Below, piece by piece: positions 8,019 to 16,278 of a DNA stretch of 30,136 nucleotides. The notes below the pieces were generated by a model. It had not been told where the DNA came from, made no database searches, and saw only the letters and a list, made by a program, of their open reading frames with translations. Each line of letters starts with the position of its first letter. The stretch's first letter is position 1. Both the position numbers and the translations under genes were made by a program. This stretch comes from Thermoanaerobaculia bacterium. GTDB lineage: Bacteria > Acidobacteriota > Thermoanaerobaculia > Multivoradales > JAIOJS01. Where the stretch lies: NCBI GenBank assembly GCA_033722255.1, contig JAWVZJ010000001.1, forward strand, positions 1 to 30,136, read 5' to 3'.

Positions 8019-8455
8019 GCGGTCCCCGGGCCTGGGTCGACGGCGCGGCCCGGGGCAACCCGGGGGAGGCGGGATTCGGTGTCGTCGTCGAGATCGACGA
8101 AACTCGATTCGAGATCGGAGGCTACCTGGGTCGGGCCACGAACAACGTGGCCGAGTACGTGGGAACCATCGCGGCCCTGGCCTGGGCCGAGCAACTCGGG
8201 CTGGAGAATCTGATCCTCCACAGCGACAGCGAGCTGGTCGTGCGCCAGCTCTCCGGCGAGTACCGGGTCAAGGCCCCGCATCTCCGGCCCTTCTACCACC
8301 GGGTTCTCGATCTTCGGGACCGGCTTCCGGGCCTGGAGATCCACCACGTCTCCCGGAAGGAGAACCGGGCGGCCGACGATCTCGCCAATCGAGCCATCGA
8401 CGAGCGGATGGAGCTCCCGGAGTGGTTGGACATCCCGAAGCCGGACGCCTCGTGA
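8015..8455 (+). CDS. rnhA: Ribonuclease HI family protein
   Basis: GTGA overlap with the upstream stop. WVDGAARGNPG, TNNVAEY, SDSELVV and AADDLAN give the D-E-D-D catalytic set. Confidence 0.9.
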   Translation: MSGPRAWVDGAARGNPGEAGFGVVVEIDETRFEIGGYLGRATNNVAEYVGTIAALAWAEQLGLENLILHSDSELVVRQLSGEYRVKAPHLRPFYHRVLDLRDRLPGLEIHHVSRKENRAADDLANRAIDERMELPEWLDIPKPDAS

Positions 8456-9150
8456 GCCTCTCCATCGCCGAGCGCGTCGCCCGGGTCGAGGAGAGGATCC
8501 AGGCGGCCTGTCAGGGCGCCGGTCGCTCCCGGGACGAGATCACCCTGGTGGCCGTCAGCAAGAGACAGCCCCTGGAACGGATCCGAGCCACCCGGAAGGC
8601 GGGCATCCGGATCTTCGGAGAGAGCCGGGTCCAGGAAGCCGAGGAGAAGCTGCCCCGTCTCCCCGAAGAGCTGGTGTGGCATTTCGTGGGACCGTTGCAG
8701 TCCAACAAGGTCAAGAGGGCCGTCGAGCTGTTCCGGACCTTCCACGCCGTGGATCGGGAGAAGATCGCCCGGTACCTCGACCGGGAGGCCGAGAAGAGAG
8801 GTCTCCACCTCCGCGGCTTTCTCGAGGTCAACGTCGGCCAGGAGGAGTCGAAGCACGGTTTCGCTCCCGACGGCTTCGTCGAGCGGGTCGCCGGTCTGGT
8901 CCGTCGTCACGAGAACCTCGAGCTCGTGGGCCTGATGGCGATCCCGCCCCTCGAAGAGGATCCGGAGCGGACCCGGCACTGGTTCCGGAAGCTCCGGGAG
9001 CTCCGCGACGAGCTCGCTACCCACCCTGACTGGTCGGATTTCCCAGGGCTCCTGTCCATGGGCATGTCCGACGATTTCGAGATCGCCATCGAAGAGGGCG
9101 CGACCCACATCCGGGTGGGAACGGCCCTGTTCGGTTCCCGGATCGACTGA
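8452..9150 (+). CDS. yggS: YggS/PROSC PLP-homeostasis protein
   Basis: GTGA overlap. LVAVSKRQP (PLP Lys), FGESRVQEA, WHFVGPLQSNKVK, LSMGMSDDFEIAIEEGATHIRVGTALFG. Confidence 0.95.
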   Translation: MSLSIAERVARVEERIQAACQGAGRSRDEITLVAVSKRQPLERIRATRKAGIRIFGESRVQEAEEKLPRLPEELVWHFVGPLQSNKVKRAVELFRTFHAVDREKIARYLDREAEKRGLHLRGFLEVNVGQEESKHGFAPDGFVERVAGLVRRHENLELVGLMAIPPLEEDPERTRHWFRKLRELRDELATHPDWSDFPGLLSMGMSDDFEIAIEEGATHIRVGTALFGSRID

Positions 9151-9168
9151 CCCGGGACGGTTCCCGGG
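9151..9168. terminator. Short GC hairpin between convergent yggS and divIVA
   Basis: CCCGGGA-CGGT-TCCCGGG directly after the yggS stop. There is no U-tract, so terminator function is unproven. Confidence 0.3.
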
Positions 9169-9215
9169 GCTCTGCGACGCCGACACCCGCTGATCGATCG
9201 GGGCCGACCCGCTCC

Positions 9216-9761
9216 TCAGGAGCCCTTCGCCTCCTCGTCGCCCCGGGGCATTCTGTGGATCGTGGCCCGGGGAGAGGGATCGTCCACCCCCTCCTCCTCC
9301 AACATTCGGGCGTAGAGCTCGACGGTCCCCTTCAGCTTCACGTGGAGCTCGTGGCGACGGGCCCGGAGCTCCTCGATCCGAGACTCGACCTCCTGCGCCC
9401 GGTCGATCGCCTGCTGGACGATCTTGTCCGCCGTCATCTCCGCCTCCTTGACCAGGAGCTGGGCTTCCCGATGGGACGTGGCCATGATCTCGTCCGAGAC
9501 CTTCTGAGCCCGCAACAGCGTCTCCTGGAGCTCCTCCTCCCGCTCCCGGGCGTCGGCCAGACCGCTCTCGAGCCGACGTTTCTCCCGTCGGAGCTCGTCG
9601 ATAGCCGTCAGGGCGTCTCCGAGCTCCTCCGCCACCAGGTCCCGGAACTCCTCCACCGCCTCCGGATCGTAGCCCCGGAGCTTCCGGTCGAAGCGGATCT
9701 TGCGAATCGCCAGGGGCGTGAGGCCACCGGATTCGGGACGAGACTCGTGGTCGTCGGACAT
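9216..9761 (-). CDS. divIVA: DivIVA domain-containing protein
   Basis: LTPLAIRKIRFDRKLRGYDPEAVEEFRDLV is the DivIVA N-terminal motif, followed by a coiled coil (ETLLRAQKVSDEI...REAQLLVKEAE). Confidence 0.88.
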   Translation of the reverse strand: MSDDHESRPESGGLTPLAIRKIRFDRKLRGYDPEAVEEFRDLVAEELGDALTAIDELRREKRRLESGLADAREREEELQETLLRAQKVSDEIMATSHREAQLLVKEAEMTADKIVQQAIDRAQEVESRIEELRARRHELHVKLKGTVELYARMLEEEGVDDPSPRATIHRMPRGDEEAKGS

Positions 9762-9799
9762 GGGGTCACCCTTTCTCTCTCGTGACGTATCGGACTCCC

Positions 9800-9808
9800 A
9801 TTATCCCA
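9800..9808 (-). promoter_or_regulatory. Extended -10 promoter for divIVA
   Basis: Minus strand TGG-GATAAT, about 40 nt upstream of the ATG. No clear -35. Confidence 0.45.
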
Positions 9809-9976
9809 CAGAACGCCCGGGTCGACTCCCAAACCCCGTGAACACTGGGGGTTCTCCGTCGACCAGAGGTCGAGTCGTCGTCCCGTCGGTCCATCCCCGG
9901 CTGGAGGTCCCCGGCCGAGGGCATCCGGGCGAACCCTGGCCGGACACCGAGGACCGTCCCCCGGGGACCGGCACCG

Positions 9977-11701
9977 TCACTCGGTCGGGGCCAGTTTCTC
10001 GGCCTGGGGATACACGGGGTCGATGTCGACCGGCACTTCCTCCAGGCGATCGATGGCGGCCAGGAGCTCCGGCGACGGCTTCCCGTACTCCTCCAGGAAC
10101 AGGGCCGTGCCTTCGTAGTCGCCCAGGGCCTCCAGCATCACCAGATCGTGCACGATCTCCCGGATCGCCCCGGGGAACTCTTCCCGGACGATCCGGTAGA
10201 GGCCCTCCTCCGTGACCTCCAGGGCACCCTTCTCCTTCAGGTAGTTGAACTGAGCGATCACCCCCTGTCCGTGGGCCTCGTGGACCCCGAACCGGGCCGA
10301 GCGGAAGAGGCCGGCCAGGTAGGTCGGGGGGAGAGTGGTCAGGAGCTCCTCGGACATCTCCCCCTTCTCGATCAGGGCCAGGATGTCGTAGATCCCCATC
10401 ACGTCGGCCTTCGCCTCCTCGATCGTCGAGTAGAGCTCCTCGAGCTCGAGGCGGACCTCGGTCTCCCGACCGTCCTTGGTGATCTTTCCCGGCCCAAGCC
10501 CGTGGGACAGCTCGTGGTGTAGCACCTCGGAGAAGAAGGCCTCGAAGGAGAGCTGGTCCCTCTGCTCCTCCACGAGGACCCGCTCGGCGATCGGCTCCAG
10601 GATCTGGTCGTACTTGGCCCGGATGATGTTCCGCAGGAGTACCTTCTTGGACCCTTTCTCCTCCCGGACTCGTTCGTCGTTGGGGAGATTGAAAGCGATG
10701 GTCTGGACGCCGGCCTTCGTATCTCCTCCGGTGAAAACCAGGTCCACGACCCGGATCGGGCTCTCGCTTCCACGGTCCAGGTTTTTGTGCTCGGCCGGGA
10801 TGGGCAGGTTCCTCTCCAGCCAGGGAAGCTGGTCCTTGTACCGGTCGAGTCTCGCCGACTCCTCCGGCACGTCGACGGTCAGAAACGCCTCGAACGCCGC
10901 CTTGTAGCCGAAAAGTCCGTCCTCGTAGACCTCGTAGGGACCGATGGTGACCTCCACCGGCGAGGCCAGCTCCATCCACGCGAGATCGCTCTCGTAGTAG
11001 TCGTCGGTCCCGAATGCCTCGGCCCGGGTCCGGAGAAAGCGGGACAGAGTCTCGTGGGAGGTGAGCTCCGCCGCCGCCCGCAGGCGCTCGGCGGCGGGCT
11101 CCAGCCACTGCCGGTACTCCTCGGAGTAGGGGACGGCCGTCAGATCCCCCTCCTCGGTCCGACGGATGACCGTTGTCAACGACGTGAAGGGCTCCTCGTC
11201 CTCCGGATGCTCCTCGATCCAGGTCTCGAACTCCTCCTTCGACATGTCCACGGGGTAGTACCCCGCTCCCTCGGGATGGGGCATCTCCCCGATGAACGGC
11301 TCCATCTCCTCCAGGCGGTCCCAGGGACCGAAGTTGATCCGGAAATACTCCCGGGCCGGCTCGGCCCGGGGGCCCTCGTACTCGTCCAGTCGTGCCCGGA
11401 GGTCCGGATTGCCGACCCAGACCTGCCGCAGGAAGATCTCGTCCAGCAGTCGGGCCGCTTCCACGAGCTCCCCGAGGACTTCCCGGTCCTCCTCCGACAG
11501 GGCCGATAGATCCGCCTCCAGGGTCGTGGGGGCGAAGCGGTCCCGGCGTTCGGCCACGTCCTCGGCGATCTCCAGAGCCGAGGCTGCCGCCGGCTCCGGA
11601 GCCCGGTCTTCGCCGGACCCGGCCTCTTCACCCGGGGCACAGGCCGAGCAGAGGATTGCGACACAGCAAAGGACCAACGATCTCGACAGATTCTTCTTCA
11701 T
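9977..11701 (-). CDS. Peptidase family M49 (dipeptidyl-peptidase III-like) lipoprotein
   Basis: ATG 11701. Lipobox ILCSA|C. HELSH (10502-10516) and EEAKAD (10403-10420) zinc motifs. GVQTIAFNLPNDERVREEKGSKKVLL segment typical of bacterial/plant DPP III-like proteins. Confidence 0.87.
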   Translation of the reverse strand: MKKNLSRSLVLCCVAILCSACAPGEEAGSGEDRAPEPAAASALEIAEDVAERRDRFAPTTLEADLSALSEEDREVLGELVEAARLLDEIFLRQVWVGNPDLRARLDEYEGPRAEPAREYFRINFGPWDRLEEMEPFIGEMPHPEGAGYYPVDMSKEEFETWIEEHPEDEEPFTSLTTVIRRTEEGDLTAVPYSEEYRQWLEPAAERLRAAAELTSHETLSRFLRTRAEAFGTDDYYESDLAWMELASPVEVTIGPYEVYEDGLFGYKAAFEAFLTVDVPEESARLDRYKDQLPWLERNLPIPAEHKNLDRGSESPIRVVDLVFTGGDTKAGVQTIAFNLPNDERVREEKGSKKVLLRNIIRAKYDQILEPIAERVLVEEQRDQLSFEAFFSEVLHHELSHGLGPGKITKDGRETEVRLELEELYSTIEEAKADVMGIYDILALIEKGEMSEELLTTLPPTYLAGLFRSARFGVHEAHGQGVIAQFNYLKEKGALEVTEEGLYRIVREEFPGAIREIVHDLVMLEALGDYEGTALFLEEYGKPSPELLAAIDRLEEVPVDIDPVYPQAEKLAPTE

Positions 11702-11723
11702 GAAAACATCTCTCTTTCCGCGT

Positions 11724-12365
11724 TCAGGGGTCGGTGTCCGACGGGTCGGGTTCCTCGATCCAGGACCGGGCGGCCAAAGCCATGATCTCACGTCCCTCCA
11801 CCAGCCGGGTTCGGTCTCCCTCCCGGAGGAACACGAGCTCCACGTCCCCTTCGACGCCACGCTCCCGAAGAAGCGTCTCCAGCGCCGGTCTCAGGCTCTC
11901 CCGCTCGTAGATCCAGTGTTCCGACGGGAGGCGCCGGGTCCTGGAGCCACGTCCCCCTCGGCCGAAGCGATCCGGAACCGTGATCTGGGCGACCCGCATC
12001 CGATCCGGAGGGCCCAGGAGGATGAGGGCCCCACCCCGGTCCGTCAGCGCCCCCCGGGTCTCCTCGTCTCCGTAGAGGCGGTCCGCCGCCACCACCCGCT
12101 TCGACATGAAGGACTCGATCTCTCCTCGACGGGCCCAGAAGTCCTCGACGAAGGCCTCGAGATCCCCCAGATCCCGGATCCGCCGGGCCTCCCTCCGCTC
12201 CTCCGGCAACAGGAGCCAACGAACCGGCCCCTGGCTCCACCGCTCGCTGACCGTCGAGGCGGGACCGGTGGTCCGGGGACGGCAACCGACCCCCAGGAGG
12301 AGGAGCAGGATCGCTCCCGTCGCCAGCGTTCCCGGTCGGTGCGTCGGCTTCGTGGCTCCGCCCCC
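11724..12365 (-). CDS. Divergent GWxTD-domain-like lipoprotein (start codon unresolved)
   Basis: The open frame extends upstream of the ORF-track TTG (12209) through WSQGPVRWLL to the lipobox ILLLLLGVG|C (Cys 12282-12284). Core motifs FVEDFWARR, RVVAAD, GALTDRG and LILLGPPD. There is no ATG/GTG/TTG in frame before the lipobox. Confidence 0.62.
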   Translation of the reverse strand, partial: GGGATKPTHRPGTLATGAILLLLLGVGCRPRTTGPASTVSERWSQGPVRWLLLPEERREARRIRDLGDLEAFVEDFWARRGEIESFMSKRVVAADRLYGDEETRGALTDRGGALILLGPPDRMRVAQITVPDRFGRGGRGSRTRRLPSEHWIYERESLRPALETLLRERGVEGDVELVFLREGDRTRLVEGREIMALAARSWIEEPDPSDTDP

Positions 12366-12650
12366 TCAATGAACCGCCTGGTCGGCGTTCGGCTCCGGGG
12401 CCTCCTCGATGGGACCGTGGGTCTCCTCGTAGCGGGAGAGGTTCGACGAGAGGGCCCGGACGATCCGCTTCATGTGGCCGGGGCTGGTGATGATCCGAGC
12501 CGTGACCGCCCCCTGGGGAGGAACCAGGTTGATGAAGTCCAGGATGAACTCCTCCCGGGTGTGGGTGATCCGGAGGAGATTGGAGTATCGGCCCTTCAGC
12601 TCCTCGTCGGTGATCTTGATGTTCAGTTCCTGCTGCGGGGCGTCCGCCAT
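12366..12650 (-). CDS. DUF3467 domain-containing protein
   Basis: QELNIKITDEELKGRYSNLLRITHTREEFILDFINLVPPQGAVTARIITSPGHMKRIVRALSSNLSRYEETHGPI matches the family pattern. ATG 12650 with GAGAGG SD. Confidence 0.82.
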   Translation of the reverse strand: MADAPQQELNIKITDEELKGRYSNLLRITHTREEFILDFINLVPPQGAVTARIITSPGHMKRIVRALSSNLSRYEETHGPIEEAPEPNADQAVH

Positions 12651-12693
12651 GGATCGGTCCTCTCTCGGGATTCGCGCGACGTGGGAGAGCTCG

Positions 12694-12702
12694 ATTCTAA
12701 CA
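12694..12702 (-). promoter_or_regulatory. Extended -10 promoter for DUF3467, GWxTD and M49 genes
   Basis: Minus strand TGT-TAGAAT, 43 nt upstream of ATG 12650. Confidence 0.45.
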
Positions 12703-12853
12703 GCCGTCGCGCCGCTCCGGGCGTTCATGAGGATGAAAGCCGGGAGCTGACCAGTCGATGACCCTGGGCCGGCCCTTCGGGTCCGAGGTCCGGGACCCGG
12801 AGGGGACGGCGCGGGCTATGAGATCTTTGGTCGTGGGGCCGGGAGGGATCCGG

Positions 12854-14128
12854 TCAGCCGGTCTCGTCCCACTCGACCCCGGGACCGAACTCCCACCGAT
12901 GTCGCGGCTCGTACACCCCGGTGGAGGACCGGGAGGCACTGACGGTAAAGGTGAAGACGCCCCGGCGGTAGTCGTAAGGAGCTCCGTCCCGGGCGTGGAC
13001 GGCCAGATCCACTGCATACTCTCCCGGGGCGAGGCGCAGATCGGGACAGTGGATCTGGACCCGGGTGGAGCCCGAGAGGCGCCCCGGGCGGTATCCCTCC
13101 AGCTCGGTGTTGGTACCCCAGACCTCCACCCCCCGGGGAGTCCGGATGGCGATCCCGAACACGAAGTCCTCCAGCTCCTCCTCGGCCTCCACGTCCAGGG
13201 CGAAGACCGCGGAGCTCCCGGTAGACAGGGCATAACCCTCCGCCCCGTCGACGAGAAGCCGAACCTCCCGGAGCCGGGCCCGTCCGGAACCCCAACGATC
13301 CGGCCTCTCTTCGGCTTCGGCTTCGGCTTCCGTCTCGGCCTCCTCCTTCTCCTCCCGGTGCCGCCGGCCCTCGGCCTGGGCCACGGCGTCCCGGTAGGCG
13401 TCCACGACCCGGCGAGGCTCTCCGATCATCCGGCTGAAGCCGTCCTCCATCCAGAGGATCCTGTCGCAGAGATCCTCCACGAGGGGAAGGGTGTGGCTGA
13501 CGAAGAGGAGGGTCTTCCCCCGGGCCAGCATCGCTTCGATCCGGTGTACGCAGCGATGGGCGAAGGCCTCGTCCCCGACGGCCAGCACCTCGTCCACCAG
13601 GAGCACGTCGGGATCGGTATGGACGGCCACGGCAAAGCCCAGACGAACGTACATGCCGGAGGAGTAGTTCTTCACCGGCTCGTCGATGAAGTCCTCGAGA
13701 CCCGAAAAGGCCACGATCTCGTCGAAGCGGTCCGCCACCTCGGACCGGGAGAGGCCGAGGACCGCGCCGTTGATGTACACGTTCTCCCGACCCGAGATCT
13801 CCGGATGGAAACCGGCCCCGAGCTCGATCAGGGCCGAGACCCTGCCGTCCACTGCGATCCGACCCTCCGTGGGCTCCAGGATCCCGGCGATCAGCTTCAG
13901 GAGCGTCGACTTCCCGGAGCCGTTGCTCCCGATCAGGCCGAAGGCCTCCCCCGGAGCGACCGAGAATGACACCTCCCGGACGGCGGGAATCACCTCTTGG
14001 GGCTCCAGGTCCCGGACCAGGCTCCGCTCCAGCAGGGCGCTCTTGAGGGTCCGGAACCGGAAGCCCGAGGCCATTCTCCGATAGAGCTTGGACACTCCCT
14101 CCACCGTGACCACGGCGTCTCCGCTCAT
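12854..14128 (-). CDS. wzt: Polysaccharide ABC exporter ATP-binding protein with C-terminal carbohydrate-binding (Wzt_C) domain
   Basis: ATG 14128 in an ATGA overlap with wzm. Walker A GSNGSGKS, ALIELGAGFHPEISGRENV, YSSGM, LLVDEVLAVGD. C-terminal RWGSGRARL...FVFGIAIRTPRGVEVWGTNT. Confidence 0.92.
   Translation of the reverse strand: MSGDAVVTVEGVSKLYRRMASGFRFRTLKSALLERSLVRDLEPQEVIPAVREVSFSVAPGEAFGLIGSNGSGKSTLLKLIAGILEPTEGRIAVDGRVSALIELGAGFHPEISGRENVYINGAVLGLSRSEVADRFDEIVAFSGLEDFIDEPVKNYSSGMYVRLGFAVAVHTDPDVLLVDEVLAVGDEAFAHRCVHRIEAMLARGKTLLFVSHTLPLVEDLCDRILWMEDGFSRMIGEPRRVVDAYRDAVAQAEGRRHREEKEEAETEAEAEAEERPDRWGSGRARLREVRLLVDGAEGYALSTGSSAVFALDVEAEEELEDFVFGIAIRTPRGVEVWGTNTELEGYRPGRLSGSTRVQIHCPDLRLAPGEYAVDLAVHARDGAPYDYRRGVFTFTVSASRSSTGVYEPRHRWEFGPGVEWDETG
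13309..13330. repeat. In-frame hexamer tandem repeat (CTTCGG x3.7) encoding the EAEAEAE linker in Wzt
   Basis: CTTCGG CTTCGG CTTCGG CTTC, read directly. Confidence 0.75.
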
Positions 14129-14919
14129 GCCGCCTCCACCAGGGTGTTCCGCAATCGAGCGAACACCCAGCAGCCGAATCCCCAGGCGAGGAGGGAGGTG
14201 CCCAGGGCTCGAAGCCAGAGGGAGACCGCAGGCCACACCCCGGCGAAGAGGAGGTCCTGATAGATCTGGATGTAGGGAGTGGCCGGGTTGGCGGCCACGA
14301 TCGCCCAAGCCCACGGCACCTGTCGGATGCTGGAGAGGGGATAGAGGATCGGCGTCAGGAAAAAGCCCAGAGTGAGGAGGTTCTGGAGAAGATCCTGGAC
14401 GTCCTTGAAATGGACGTTCAGGGCGGCCAGGGCGAGGGCGAGACCCGCGACGAAGGGAAGCTGCACCAACATCGCCAGGGGAAGCCCGAAAACGGACCAG
14501 CCACCGACCGGATAGTCGAAGAGCCGAGCTCCCACCAGGGCCACCCCCGCGATCGGGAGGGCCAGGACAAAGTGGACGAGCTGGGCCAGGACCGTCACCA
14601 CGGGAAGGACCTCGGCCGGGAAGACCGCCTTCCGGATCAACCCGGAATTCTCCAGCAGGCTCCCGGTGGCGTCCAGGAGGGAGCCCGAGAGCCAGATCCA
14701 GGGGAACAGGCCGGTGACCAGGAAGACGGAGTAGGGCTCGGCTCCGCCCCAGCGGGCCTGGAAGACGATGTCGAAGACCAGGGTGTAGACCGCCAGGAGG
14801 AGGAGGGGGTTGACCAGGGACCAGAAGAAGCCGAGGAAGGAGCCCCGGTACCGGGCTTTCAGCTCCCGGCCCGTCAGGATGAGGAGGAGGCCCCGGAAGC
14901 GGAGGAGACGAGCTAGCAT
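14125..14919 (-). CDS. wzm: Polysaccharide ABC exporter permease (ABC-2 type)
   Basis: RELKARYRGSFLGFFWSLVNPLLLLAVYTLVF, LIRKAVFPAEVLP, LNVHFKDVQDLL and FFLTPILYP, with multiple TM helices. ATG 14919 chosen; GTG 14964 is possible. Confidence 0.92.
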   Translation of the reverse strand: MLARLLRFRGLLLILTGRELKARYRGSFLGFFWSLVNPLLLLAVYTLVFDIVFQARWGGAEPYSVFLVTGLFPWIWLSGSLLDATGSLLENSGLIRKAVFPAEVLPVVTVLAQLVHFVLALPIAGVALVGARLFDYPVGGWSVFGLPLAMLVQLPFVAGLALALAALNVHFKDVQDLLQNLLTLGFFLTPILYPLSSIRQVPWAWAIVAANPATPYIQIYQDLLFAGVWPAVSLWLRALGTSLLAWGFGCWVFARLRNTLVEAA

Positions 14920-15012
14920 CAGATTGTCGCGGAGAGCCCTACGCCCCGATCCGAGGACGGGCACTCCGTCCGGTCACCGGCACCCGGGTGCTCGAGCTCG
15001 AAGAGGGGCCCC

Positions 15013-16209
15013 TCAGTTCTCGCCCTCGAGGCGACGCTGCCGCTCCTCGATTTCCCGCATCCGTTCCTGGAACGCCCTCTTGATCCTCTCGACGTGCCTC
15101 TCGTAGTTGAGGGGCTCTCCGTCCTTGATGATGTAGACCCGGGGGTACTTCTGGACGTCTCCCTTCTCGTCGAACTGAAGCGTTCCCGTGGCTCCGGGGA
15201 GCGATCGGATGCTCCGCATCCCTCCCCAGAACTCGTTGGGGGTGGCTCCGCCCTCGACCAGAGCCTCGACCAGGACCCGCATCGCGTCGTATCCGTGGGC
15301 CGAATACAGGTCCGGTGTCTCGCCGTACTTCTCCCGATAGGTGTCCACGAACGCCTTGACGTCGCCGCTGGCCTGGGAAAGGTCGAAGATCGTCTGGGTG
15401 AAGATGACCCCGTCCGCCTGGTCTCCCACCTCCCGGACGGCCCTGGAGGTGGCGAAGGCGGAGGTGGTGAGGATCTTGCCCTCGTACCCGTCGCCCCGGA
15501 GCTCCCGGATCATGTGCACGAGGTCCTTCCAGTATGCCGCCAGGTAGACGGCGTCGGGGGCCAGGGTCGTGACGCGATCGACGAGGCCGCTGACGTCGGT
15601 ATTGGACTGGAACTCCAGGGTCTCCAGAACTTCGCCACCGTGCCTCTCGAACTCGGTCTCGAAGACCTCCTGGATGCCCAGTCCGTACGGGGACTCGTTG
15701 GCCAAAATCACCGCGCTCTCGAGCTTCAGGGTGTTCGCGGCGAAGGACCCCATCTTGGTTCCCTCGACGAAGTCCGAGGGGAAGACCCGGAAGAAGTTCC
15801 GGGACACGCCGGAGAGCTCCGGATTCGAAGCCGAAGGCGAGACCAGGACCCGATCCTCCTCGTCGGCAACCTCCACCATCTCCAGGGCCTCGGCGCTGGT
15901 GACGCCACCGATCGCAGCCAGGGCGCCCTCGTCGTAGAGATCTTCCAGGAGCTCGGCCGCCTTTTCGGGATCGGTCTCGGAGTCGACGATCTCGAGCTCG
16001 ATCTCCCGCTCGAGGCGAGGATCCTCCCGGGCCTGCTCATAGGCGATCTCGATGCCCCGCTTGATCGCGGTGGCGTAGGCCTGCACGGGGCCCGTCAGGG
16101 GCAATACGGCCCCGAACGTGACCGGCTTCGGCGGTCCACAGGCCCCCAGGAAAAGGCCCAGGCCCAGGCCCACGCACAAGACGGCAGTCCAGATCGATCG
16201 ACGTTTCAT
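15013..16209 (-). CDS. Type I periplasmic-binding-fold lipoprotein (LivK/LivJ-like substrate-binding protein)
   Basis: Lipobox LFLGA|C. FGAVLPLTG, AAIGGVTS, LVSPSAS, FFRVFPSD and AHGYDAM. Charged helical C-terminal tail. Confidence 0.85.
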   Translation of the reverse strand: MKRRSIWTAVLCVGLGLGLFLGACGPPKPVTFGAVLPLTGPVQAYATAIKRGIEIAYEQAREDPRLEREIELEIVDSETDPEKAAELLEDLYDEGALAAIGGVTSAEALEMVEVADEEDRVLVSPSASNPELSGVSRNFFRVFPSDFVEGTKMGSFAANTLKLESAVILANESPYGLGIQEVFETEFERHGGEVLETLEFQSNTDVSGLVDRVTTLAPDAVYLAAYWKDLVHMIRELRGDGYEGKILTTSAFATSRAVREVGDQADGVIFTQTIFDLSQASGDVKAFVDTYREKYGETPDLYSAHGYDAMRVLVEALVEGGATPNEFWGGMRSIRSLPGATGTLQFDEKGDVQKYPRVYIIKDGEPLNYERHVERIKRAFQERMREIEERQRRLEGEN

Positions 16210-16248
16210 CTCCGAGTCCTTTCGCGGAACGAGGCTTCTCCGCCCCTC

Positions 16249-16278
16249 CTTCTAGCCCAGCCGGCGACGGAGTGTCAA
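16249..16278 (-). promoter_or_regulatory. Possible sigma70 promoter for the binding-protein gene, wzm and wzt
   Basis: Minus strand TTGACA (16278-16273), 18-nt spacer, TAGAAG (16254-16249). Confidence 0.5.

Noticed and set aside
8400-8460. rnpB expected after rnhA from known synteny
   Set aside because: yggS overlaps the rnhA stop, and I did not see GAGGAAAGTCC on either strand of the window.
12651-12853. Riboswitch or sRNA in the gap between wzt and DUF3467
   Set aside because: Only short, imperfect GC hairpins and no recognisable aptamer motif. The likely promoter lies close to the DUF3467 start.
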